64,000 bases of DNA, taken from positions 4,277 through 68,276 of the forward strand of contig CALXUP010000005.1 in the NCBI GenBank assembly GCA_944391715.1. The letters run 5' to 3'. The number at the start of each line of letters is the position of its first letter. Positions within the stretch are counted from its first letter, which is position 1. Positions 49,121 through 56,660 of this stretch are shown here, piece by piece. Source of the stretch: an uncultured Alphaproteobacteria bacterium. Its GTDB lineage: Bacteria; Pseudomonadota; Alphaproteobacteria; RF32; CAG-239. The notes below the pieces were generated by a model, which saw nothing but the letters and a program-made list of their open reading frames with translations, was not told where the DNA came from and searched no databases. The position numbers and the translations under genes are program-made.

Positions 49121-51196
49121 CTATGCAACTTCTTTTCTGGAAGCTGCGGCTCTTCTTTTTTCTGCCTTTTTCTCTTCATCACAGATCGGGCAATATTTAT
49201 GTTCACCGGAAATGTAGCCGTGTTTCGGACAAATCGAGAACGTCGGCGTAATGGTGACATAAGGCAGTCGGTAGTTGGTCAGAACGCGGCGAACAATGTC
49301 GCGGCAGACCTTGGCTGATGAAACTCTTTGACCCATGTACAGGTGAAGTACCGTACCGCCGGTGTATTTGGTTTGCAGTTTTTCCTGCAACTCCAAAGCC
49401 TCGAACGGGTCATCAGTGTAGTTAACCGGCAGCTGGGACGAGTTGGTATAATACGGATTTTCTTCTGTCCCGGCTTGCAGGATTCCTTTAAATCTCTTCT
49501 TGTCTTCGCGGGCAAAACGGTAAGTCGCACTTTCGGCAGGCGTGGCTTCCAGATTATACATATGCCCGGTTTCTTCCTGAATTTTTACCATTCTGTCGCG
49601 GATATGATTCAGGAATCTTTCGGCGAAATCTTGGCCCCATTCATCTGCAACATTGTGCTCGTCATTGGTAAAGTTGCGAATCATCTCGTTAATGCCGTTA
49701 ACACCGAAAGTCGAGAAGTGGTTGCGCAAGGTGCCGAGATAACGTTTGGTATACGGGAACAAGCCGTTGTCAATGAGTCTTTGAATAACTTTGCGTTTGA
49801 TTTCCAGAGAAGTTTTGGCCAGTTCCAGCAACTCGTCAACGCGGTTCAACAAGCCATGCTCGTCGCCTTTGTAAAGGTATCCCAAACGGGCGCAGTTAAT
49901 GGTAACAACGCCGATTGACCCCGTTTGCTCGGCAGAACCGAACAAGCCGTTGCCTTTGGCCAGAAGCTCGCGCAGGTCAAGCTGCAGGCGGCAGCACATT
50001 GAGCGAATCTGCCCCGGTTTTAAGACGGAATTGATAAAGTTCTGGAAATAAGGCAGGCCGTATTTGGCTGTCATTTCAAACAAGAGCTCAGTATTTTCAT
50101 CTTCCCAAGGAAAATCAGGAGTCATATTGTAAGTCGGAATCGGGAAGGTGAACGGACGGCCTTTGATATCGCCTTTCATCATAACCGAAATATATGCTTT
50201 GTTAATCATATGCATTTCTTCGGTCAGATCTCCATAAGTGAAGTCTTGCTCAACACCGGCAATCATCGGATGTTTGTCGCGCAGGTCTTCCGGGCATACC
50301 CAGTCAAACGTAAAGTTGGTAAACGGTGTTTGAGAACCCCAGCGGGACGGAACATTCAGGTTATAAATCAGTTCCTGGAAAGACTGCTCAACCTGCTCAT
50401 AAGTCAAATGGTCTACGCGGACATACGGTGCAAGATATGTGTCTACGGAAGAAAATGCCTGAGCGCCGGCCCATTCGTTTTGCAGAGTGCCCATAAAGTT
50501 GACCATCTGGCCGACAGCGGCAGACAGGTGTTTGGCCGGACCGGCTTCCGCTTTACCCGGAACACCGTTAAAGCCTTCATGCAACAGGTTTTTCAACGAC
50601 CAACCGGCACAATAAGCGGCCAACATATCCAAATCGTGAATATGAAAATCGCCGTTGCGGTGTGCTTCACCGACAGCCGCCGGATAAACATGGCTCAGCC
50701 AGTAGTTGGCCGTAACCTTGCCGGAAACGTTCAAAATCAATCCACCGTTAGAGTATCCCTGGTTGGCATTGGCGTTAACGCGCCAGTCCAGTTTTTCCAG
50801 ATATTCATTGATGGAGCTTTCAACATCAACCATGACCTTTTTATCAGAACGCATACGGTTGCGCTGGTCACGGTATAAAATATAAGCTTTGGCTGTTGCA
50901 AAATAGTTGGCAGAGATCAGAACCTGCTCGACAATATCCTGAATTTGTTCAATGGAAGGAAGAGACTCCGTAAACTTATGCTTCATAACCTTTAAGACCT
51001 GAGCAGTCAAAAGCCAGCTTTCCTCTTCGCCGAACTCGCCCGTCGTCGTACCGGCTTTGTTTATAGCGTTAAAAATTCTGGTGTTGTCAAACGGGGCTAA
51101 GGTACCATCTCTTTTAGTAACACTGTCAAAAGGGATGTTCTCGGCAATTTTGCTCTGAGAAATTTCGTTATCGTTCACGGACATATCTTCGCTCAT
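49121..51196 (-). CDS. nrdD: Anaerobic ribonucleoside-triphosphate reductase (class III) large polypeptide, lacking the glycyl-radical C-terminus
   Basis: ATP-cone N-terminus (VTKRDGTLAPFDNTRI), class III core, C-terminal Cys-rich Zn-ribbon (CPKHGYISGEHKYCPIC) then stop; start taken at MSEDMSVNDNE (51196) because the track ORF's N-terminus runs through non-coding-looking NrdR boxes. Confidence 0.85.
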   Translation of the reverse strand: MSEDMSVNDNEISQSKIAENIPFDSVTKRDGTLAPFDNTRIFNAINKAGTTTGEFGEEESWLLTAQVLKVMKHKFTESLPSIEQIQDIVEQVLISANYFATAKAYILYRDQRNRMRSDKKVMVDVESSINEYLEKLDWRVNANANQGYSNGGLILNVSGKVTANYWLSHVYPAAVGEAHRNGDFHIHDLDMLAAYCAGWSLKNLLHEGFNGVPGKAEAGPAKHLSAAVGQMVNFMGTLQNEWAGAQAFSSVDTYLAPYVRVDHLTYEQVEQSFQELIYNLNVPSRWGSQTPFTNFTFDWVCPEDLRDKHPMIAGVEQDFTYGDLTEEMHMINKAYISVMMKGDIKGRPFTFPIPTYNMTPDFPWEDENTELLFEMTAKYGLPYFQNFINSVLKPGQIRSMCCRLQLDLRELLAKGNGLFGSAEQTGSIGVVTINCARLGYLYKGDEHGLLNRVDELLELAKTSLEIKRKVIQRLIDNGLFPYTKRYLGTLRNHFSTFGVNGINEMIRNFTNDEHNVADEWGQDFAERFLNHIRDRMVKIQEETGHMYNLEATPAESATYRFAREDKKRFKGILQAGTEENPYYTNSSQLPVNYTDDPFEALELQEKLQTKYTGGTVLHLYMGQRVSSAKVCRDIVRRVLTNYRLPYVTITPTFSICPKHGYISGEHKYCPICDEEKKAEKRRAAASRKEVA

Positions 51197-51256
51197 TCCT
51201 TCGTTATTATTAGTTATAAAAAACAAAATTGTTTGTGTTATCACCTGATAACAAGC

Positions 51257-51306
51257 ATACAATATATAGTATTAACAAAATGTAAATAAGACTAGATATA
51301 GTATGC
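51257..51306. promoter_or_regulatory. Two NrdR-box-like 16-mers spaced 32 bp, upstream of nrdD
   Basis: atacaatatatagtat (51257-51272) and agactagatatagtat (51289-51304) each match the NrdR consensus acacwatatatwgtgt at 13/16; 32-bp centre-to-centre spacing is typical. Confidence 0.45.
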
Positions 51307-52117
51307 ACAGAAAAATTTTTTATTTCAAAATTCTTAACGCGTATCATCTTGAATATGCTGATATTCTGAGCGAAATATATGATGCAAACAAGGGCAAAAA
51401 AATTCTTTTTCCGGCTTGACATTGCTATCTTGCTATAATTCCACCAAAAAAAAATTTTTTTAATAGTGGATAAAAAGATTAACCTTTCTTAACAAAAAAA
51501 ATATCATTATTTTTCAACGTTATAGATTCTTGACGTAATCAACATATTTGTACACAAGGGGCACAAAAAAAGCTTAAATTTACAAAAAACATTTTCGGTT
51601 TCAGAAGCATCCTCACAAGATATTGTGTTTTATATGGATTCGAAATACAGAATCAGGAAAAGGACTCGGTCTTTTGGTAAAAAGAAGCAAAATTTTTGAG
51701 AATCGATTGGTGTTTTTTCCTTATCTCTAAAATTCACTTTTTATTTATTATTCTTTTTCTTATTTCTTGTTTTTTATAATTTATTTTTATTGTTACTTTT
51801 TGGGTGCAAAGAAGCTTTTTCTTACTTTTGCTTGACCAAAAGTAAGCAAAAGTCAATCCCAACCTCATTTTCTAAGCTTTCAGCCCAAAGTTAAAGTCGC
51901 TACGCTCCAATGCTCTGTACTTCACTATTACCCCTTTGGGCCAAAAGCTAAGAAATCATTCGGTAATCGGGCTGGTCAACTCCCCCGCCCCTCAGGCTTG
52001 AGGGGAGAGGGGCTTCACTTTCGGTTTTTGCTCCAAAACCTAAGCTATTCGCAAAGGGCACCCAATCGTGCCGGATGAGGGATTGTGCATTAAAGTTTTG
52101 TCATTCTCGGGCTTTCT

Positions 52118-52527
52118 TTTCTTATGTCATTGCCGGACTTGACCTGCACGGCAGGCGCGCGGCAAGTTGACAGCACTGTGCCACAGAGGCCGCGTTGCTA
52201 TGGCGGGGTCTGTGAATGGCGTTGTACTTTGAAGGGTGGATTCCTGGTATCTTTTTCTTACGTCATTGCCGGGCTTGACCCGGCAATCCACGTTAATAAA
52301 TTAGCCTTATTGTTGATCTGGATCCCCGGGGCGGTGCCCGGGGATGACATAATAAAAAACACAGCTCGGGGATGACGAGAAAAAAACACGACCTGGGGAT
52401 GACTATAAAAAAGAGAGTCCGGCAATGACCGGTGCGACCGGTGGCGCTCAATCGGTAACATTGTGCCCTGAGGATCGCGTTGCTCCTGCGGGATTTGTGA
52501 CGAGCATTGTGCTTTGAAGTTACTGCC
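52118..52527. repeat. Duplicated MITE-like unit (A at 52118-52247, B at 52257-52527) with shared ends and short inverted termini
   Basis: Both units start ttcttaYgtcattgccggRcttgacc and end in related about 60-nt segments (gaggNNcgcgttgct...ctttgaag); unit B carries an extra about 155 bp bounded by gtcattgccgg / ccggcaatgac inverted repeats. Confidence 0.5.
52340..52420. repeat. Three tandem 26-28-nt direct repeats (ggggatgac-N-A-rich)
   Basis: ggggatgacataataaaaaacacagctc / ggggatgacgagaaaaaaacacgacct / ggggatgactataaaaaagagagtcc, preceded by palindrome tccccggg gcggtg cccgggga. Confidence 0.55.
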
Positions 52528-52595
52528 AAGAATAGTCTTTAGCATCGATGAGTTTTCTTTCTACCACCTAGACTATTCTCCTTAAAAATCAACAT

Positions 52596-52625
52596 GAAAA
52601 AAAGCACTCCGGAGAGTGCTTTTTT
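52596..52625. terminator. Hairpin terminator of the TolC-like lipoprotein gene (bidirectional)
   Basis: aaaaaaagcactc cgga gagtgcttttttt. Confidence 0.55.
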
Positions 52626-52628
52626 TGT

Positions 52629-54530
52629 TTAGTACCGCGGACGGGTTTCTATTTCTTTGCCGATTTCACCATTGGCAATGTAATCATCCGCACAATTTGT
52701 TCCGCGGCAGCGTTTCAGCACCGTAGCATTCCGGCCTTTGGTCAAACCTCTGACCTGCATTGACGGTACATAGACTTCATCGACAATAATCTTAAACGTA
52801 ATATAATTAACATTGCCGTACTCATCTATAATATAGACCTTCACATGATAGGTTCCGCCGTCTTTCGGCATCGGCGTTCCGTAGAACGTCATTGTTTTTT
52901 CATCAAAGGTCAGCCAATCCGGCAGCGGGCTGTCATCTATCAAGCCGGCTTTGAACGTCAGATTACCGCGGGCATTGAGATCTTTCAGAGCATCTTCCGG
53001 AATGCTATAGAGATAATCTTGTCCGGTTTCCAGTTTTTGGTCAGGAACATCTTCCGTCGACAAATTAACCGGCGGGCGTTTAGACGGCACGTTCAACAGA
53101 TACGGGCGGTTGTCCGGCAGGAAATCGCCATCGCGCCATTTTTCCAGCGTTGTATGCAGATAGACGGCGATTTTAGACGGTTTTTCTCCCAGCATATAAT
53201 AAGGCAGCGCATCAAGCCCCAGCGCAGCATAAAGGTTTCCGAGCGAGGCCTGAAGTTCGATATAAGCCTTGGAAGCTTTGACCTCGTCGGCAATGGCGCG
53301 GGCAGCCTCGAGCAAAGATTTCGAATCGTGACTACCCAGTTTTACCGTAATATCTTCGGCAATGTCTTCCGATACATTGGCGATTTCAATATTAATCTGA
53401 TAATCTTCCATCGCCGACATATAAGCAGCCCAACCGACATACAGTTGGCTTAAAACCAGGTTGGTCATCCGCTGGCGGCGCAAGGCTTCCAGCTCGCCGG
53501 TCCGGGGGTTTTTGACATCTTCAAAAACATGATAGCCGATTTCCTGAGCTTTGCGGCTCCAGACTTTATTATAATAAGCCGGATTGCTTTGATAATCGTT
53601 TTGCGTGGTTGACTTGAACTCCTGAATGGTAAACTCCAGGTTCTCGTCAATATTCACCATATCACGCATTTTGAGTTCCGGGCGGTTGGTCAGAGCCAGC
53701 CATTCCATATCGGCCAGCGGCGTGCGGATATCCGGCAGGGCAAAATTGCCGTACAACTTGCCGACCAGTTTGTATTCCGTTGCCGGATGAAAACCCATTA
53801 AGGCGGCCAGTTTGGTTTCGGCCGTTTCCATTCCGCGTTTTAACTCGGACAAGTTTTTAACGGCTTCCATATATTCGCGCTTTAACACCAATTTATCTGT
53901 CGGCAGATACTGATTTAATTTTGCAAGGTCTTTGGCCTGAGCATTCAGCTCGTCAACCTCCAGCGTCAAGACCTCTATCATATCATCAATCACCGGCAGC
54001 AGACGCTGTGCCGTCAGAGCCTGCCAATAAAGCACGCGGGTTTCCTGCAGCAGATTGTGAATAACCTTGCGGCTCTGCTCAAAAGCCAGATTTTTGCGGT
54101 ATTCCTGGTCGACGGTCTGATAATAAACCGTGCTCATATCCAAAAGGTTCCAGGCCAGTCGGAGCTCGGAATTGGCATCGGACAGGGAATCGGTGCTCAG
54201 GTAGCCGGCCTGCCCCATAATCTCGGGAATCTGGTTGACCGGAGATTTTCCGGCCTTTATCAAACTTTCTTCATAACTGACAACGCGGCGGGTGAAGTTA
54301 TATTTCAAGGCCAGCGCCATTGTCATATACATATCTATCGGCTTTGAAATTTTGCGCGGCTGGTTCAAATACATATTCTGCATATCCACATCGGCGCGGA
54401 TTGCGCTGTCCCAATCGGAATAAGTCGCCGATGATACGGTTGTTTCGCTGACGGAATATTCTTCTTCGCGCGGGCCGCAGGAAACAACAAAAAACATGCC
54501 CAAAACCAAACATGCCAATATTTTTTTCAT
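52629..54530 (-). CDS. Outer-membrane-factor (TolC/NodT)-like lipoprotein with a C-terminal Ig-like (putative He_PIG/cadherin-like) domain
   Basis: Lipobox FVVSCG; two OEP-like repeats (LAWNLLD..., VLYWQALTAQ...); C-terminal DDSPLPDWLTFDEKTMTFYGTP motif; no adjacent ABC or MFP genes. Confidence 0.6.
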   Translation of the reverse strand: MKKILACLVLGMFFVVSCGPREEEYSVSETTVSSATYSDWDSAIRADVDMQNMYLNQPRKISKPIDMYMTMALALKYNFTRRVVSYEESLIKAGKSPVNQIPEIMGQAGYLSTDSLSDANSELRLAWNLLDMSTVYYQTVDQEYRKNLAFEQSRKVIHNLLQETRVLYWQALTAQRLLPVIDDMIEVLTLEVDELNAQAKDLAKLNQYLPTDKLVLKREYMEAVKNLSELKRGMETAETKLAALMGFHPATEYKLVGKLYGNFALPDIRTPLADMEWLALTNRPELKMRDMVNIDENLEFTIQEFKSTTQNDYQSNPAYYNKVWSRKAQEIGYHVFEDVKNPRTGELEALRRQRMTNLVLSQLYVGWAAYMSAMEDYQINIEIANVSEDIAEDITVKLGSHDSKSLLEAARAIADEVKASKAYIELQASLGNLYAALGLDALPYYMLGEKPSKIAVYLHTTLEKWRDGDFLPDNRPYLLNVPSKRPPVNLSTEDVPDQKLETGQDYLYSIPEDALKDLNARGNLTFKAGLIDDSPLPDWLTFDEKTMTFYGTPMPKDGGTYHVKVYIIDEYGNVNYITFKIIVDEVYVPSMQVRGLTKGRNATVLKRCRGTNCADDYIANGEIGKEIETRPRY

Positions 54531-54671
54531 AATTTAAACCCTTTATAAAGATATGTATGGGTATAAATTATATCAATATTTCGGAGATTAACAGTATTTA
54601 TTTGCTTTTATTCAACTCTGATGTATAAAATATTTGCATATTCTTGCGGCGCGAAAAGGTTTTGACAATTT

Positions 54672-55451
54672 ATGTTTGACATTTTTTATACCGTTTTTAA
54701 GTTCAAAGAGAAGGAAAGCCCTGACAAACTCGGGCTTTATCCCGAACGCGCCCATACGCAGGCCATGCCGGAAAGACGCTATCTCTGGAGCTCCCGCATT
54801 TTGGTTATTCTGGCGGTTATGAGCATGAGCGTCACGATGATGCTGGCCCTTACGATTTATCTGATGCTGCCGCAAAAAACCGTTTATCCCCGTCTGCTGC
54901 AAATCAACCGGTATTTTTCCCAGCTGGAACTGGTGCAGCCGGCCGAACGCAGGATTTTGGTTACGGATCTGATTGCCGAACAGCATATTTCCGAATATAT
55001 TGCGCTGCGCAATTCCATTACGTCTGATTATGATCAGCTGCTCTCCCGCTGGGGTGAAAGGCAGACGATTTACTGGTATTCGGAGGCCAATGTATACAGC
55101 CGTTTTTATAATACCGACGTAAAATATAACCTGATACAATTTAAGAAAAATGCCCTGCAGCGCTATGTTAAAGTCGAATGGGTGCGGCCGTTGACGCTCG
55201 GCTTGTGGCAGGTGCAGTTTTTGACAATGGATATGACGCCGGATTCTGACAAGATTGATACCAAAATCTGGCGGGCAACGCTGCGTATTACTTATATGAA
55301 TCTGCCATTTAAGACCAAAGATGATGCAATGAAAAACCCGTTTGGATTTGTGGTAACCAATTATTCGCTCGGTTATGTCGGAACCCCGGAAACATCGCAA
55401 CACTATCTGCAACGGGCAAGAGAACTGGCCGAAAGCGGACAAGGGGCATAA
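54672..55451 (+). CDS. VirB8-family protein (type IV secretion inner-membrane component homologue), orphan
   Basis: N-terminal cytoplasmic segment, one TM (ILVILAVMSMSVTMMLAL), periplasmic domain ending ATLRITYMNLPFKTKDDAMKNPFGFVVTNY, which aligns to the VirB8 C-terminal NPxG region; own hairpin terminator at about 55438-55470. Confidence 0.65.
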   Translation: MFDIFYTVFKFKEKESPDKLGLYPERAHTQAMPERRYLWSSRILVILAVMSMSVTMMLALTIYLMLPQKTVYPRLLQINRYFSQLELVQPAERRILVTDLIAEQHISEYIALRNSITSDYDQLLSRWGERQTIYWYSEANVYSRFYNTDVKYNLIQFKKNALQRYVKVEWVRPLTLGLWQVQFLTMDMTPDSDKIDTKIWRATLRITYMNLPFKTKDDAMKNPFGFVVTNYSLGYVGTPETSQHYLQRARELAESGQGA

Positions 55452-55531
55452 AACAGCCCCTTTTGTTTTGGCGATTTCGCATAAAATTACAACACCTGAT
55501 GAAATTTACCCGGCAAGAAAGCAACGAAAGT

Positions 55532-55966
55532 ATGTCTGAGGCATTTAAGCGGGGATATATAACCCACAGAGATGAGGAAAGGCAAAAACTCGAACAAGCA
55601 CGCCAAAATGCACCGACATTAACCACGGTTTTTGAAGCGGTCGGCGCAATGGCTTCCCCTTTCGGGGCATCAAAACTTGCCAATGCACCATATCGAAATG
55701 TTGTAAAAAAAATTCCGTTGAAAAAAGCTGCAGCTTATGGTAGTTTTTATGGTGCAGGAACAACAGAACACGGAAATACTCTCGGAGAAACATTAGGAAA
55801 CTATGCCGAGAATATGAGTGTCGGGGCTGTATCCAGTAGTTTAGGTAATTCGATTGGGGGAAAATTTTTCGGCCGCAGTTATTTTCCCACATTAAGAAAA
55901 GGTTATGAACAATTTTCTGATACTAGTTTGAACCAATGTTACAATTATCTTAAAGATAAAAAATAG
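55532..55966 (+). CDS. Gly/Ser/Ala-rich small protein with an abrupt GC drop in its 3' half; bacteriocin/microcin-like or polymorphic-toxin C-terminal module (tentative)
   Basis: N-terminal about 50 aa at about 47% GC; from about 55687 onward about 35% GC with foreign codon choice (ggt, gga, tta); Gly-rich GAGTTEHGNTLGETLGNYAENMSVGAVSSSLGNSIGGKFFG; possible leader ...VFEAVGA; start uncertain (55463, 55499 or 55532). Confidence 0.45.
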   Translation: MSEAFKRGYITHRDEERQKLEQARQNAPTLTTVFEAVGAMASPFGASKLANAPYRNVVKKIPLKKAAAYGSFYGAGTTEHGNTLGETLGNYAENMSVGAVSSSLGNSIGGKFFGRSYFPTLRKGYEQFSDTSLNQCYNYLKDKK

Positions 55967-55983
55967 ATACCCCAGGACAAACA

Positions 55984-56295
55984 ATGCAAAATAAAAAAGA
56001 ATATTTATCCAGCTTATTGAAAGATATCATAATACTTATTTTTAAATGGTTTTTTGGTCTTTCATTAATCATTACAATTATTATTCAATTTCATGTCATT
56101 CCAAGTTTTGTAATGATAATATTTGATCTTCTTTTGGTAATTAACTTTATTATCAGAGAACATTTTTTTAATTTTCATAAAAAACTCAGAAATGATACTT
56201 ATCTTTTTTATATAAATATAATTTTGTCTTTCCTTATGATTATCATTTTTTATCAATATTGGGATATTGTAAAGCACTTCTTTATGGTAGAATAA
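55984..56295 (+). CDS. Very AT-rich (about 22% GC) 3-TM small membrane protein; candidate immunity protein
   Basis: 17 nt downstream of the Gly-rich gene; three hydrophobic helices; composition far from the genome average. Confidence 0.5.
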   Translation: MQNKKEYLSSLLKDIIILIFKWFFGLSLIITIIIQFHVIPSFVMIIFDLLLVINFIIREHFFNFHKKLRNDTYLFYINIILSFLMIIIFYQYWDIVKHFFMVE

Positions 56296-56425
56296 TCCGG
56301 ATTGCCGGGGAGTGATTAAAAAATATCCTAAAAAATATTGGTAAGATAAGGCAACTAAAAGGCAAGATTTCTCTTGTCTTTTAGCTTATAGCAATGTACC
56401 CTTTCTAAGGAAGAAAGGCAAAGCA

Positions 56426-56629
56426 ATGGCAGAGGAACGGTTTAAAGAAACATTTGAAAAGGTTATGCCTTATATCCGGGTTGGTTTTAAGCTGGCAGGA
56501 TGGCTTTTATGTGCCATTATTCTTATCTATATGCTCATTGCCCCTTTTGCCGAGATGTTCGGCTATGAAATGCCGATTGATTTCAGCAGGTTCGGCTTTA
56601 TCCGTTGGCTTTATGACATTCCGAAATAA
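56426..56629 (+). CDS. Small single-TM protein, 67 aa
   Basis: RBS gaaagg; hairpin terminator shared with the convergent pepF. Confidence 0.35.
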   Translation: MAEERFKETFEKVMPYIRVGFKLAGWLLCAIILIYMLIAPFAEMFGYEMPIDFSRFGFIRWLYDIPK

Positions 56630-56660
56630 AAAGGGAGAACTCTCGCCCTCCCCTTTTGTT

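Noticed and set aside
51197-51262. N-terminal 22 codons of the track's nrdD ORF (MYACYQVITQTILFFITNNNEG)
   Set aside because: This stretch coincides with the palindromic NrdR-box-like sequences and has no RBS. A start at MSEDM/MSVNDN with an AAGGA RBS fits NrdD alignments (VTKRDG ATP-cone).
51523-51548. Possible FNR/CRP-type box ttgacgtaatcaac upstream of nrdD
   Set aside because: Half-site spacing is 5 rather than the 4 required for TTGAT-N4-ATCAA; left as unassigned.
52340-52420. Possible CRISPR array (repeated ggggatgac)
   Set aside because: The conserved part is only about 9 nt, the 'spacers' are themselves similar A-rich sequences, there are only three copies, and no cas genes are present. 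Better described as 27-nt tandem direct repeats.
52124-52545. Small ORFs (83, 95, 78 aa) inside the repeat region upstream of nrdD
   Set aside because: They overlap each other on both strands, lie entirely within duplicated repeat units, and lack RBS; likely non-coding.
54612-55442. 276-aa minus-strand ORF overlapping the virB8-like gene
   Set aside because: The plus-strand frame shows clear VirB8 homology including the C-terminal NPxG region; the minus-strand frame has none.
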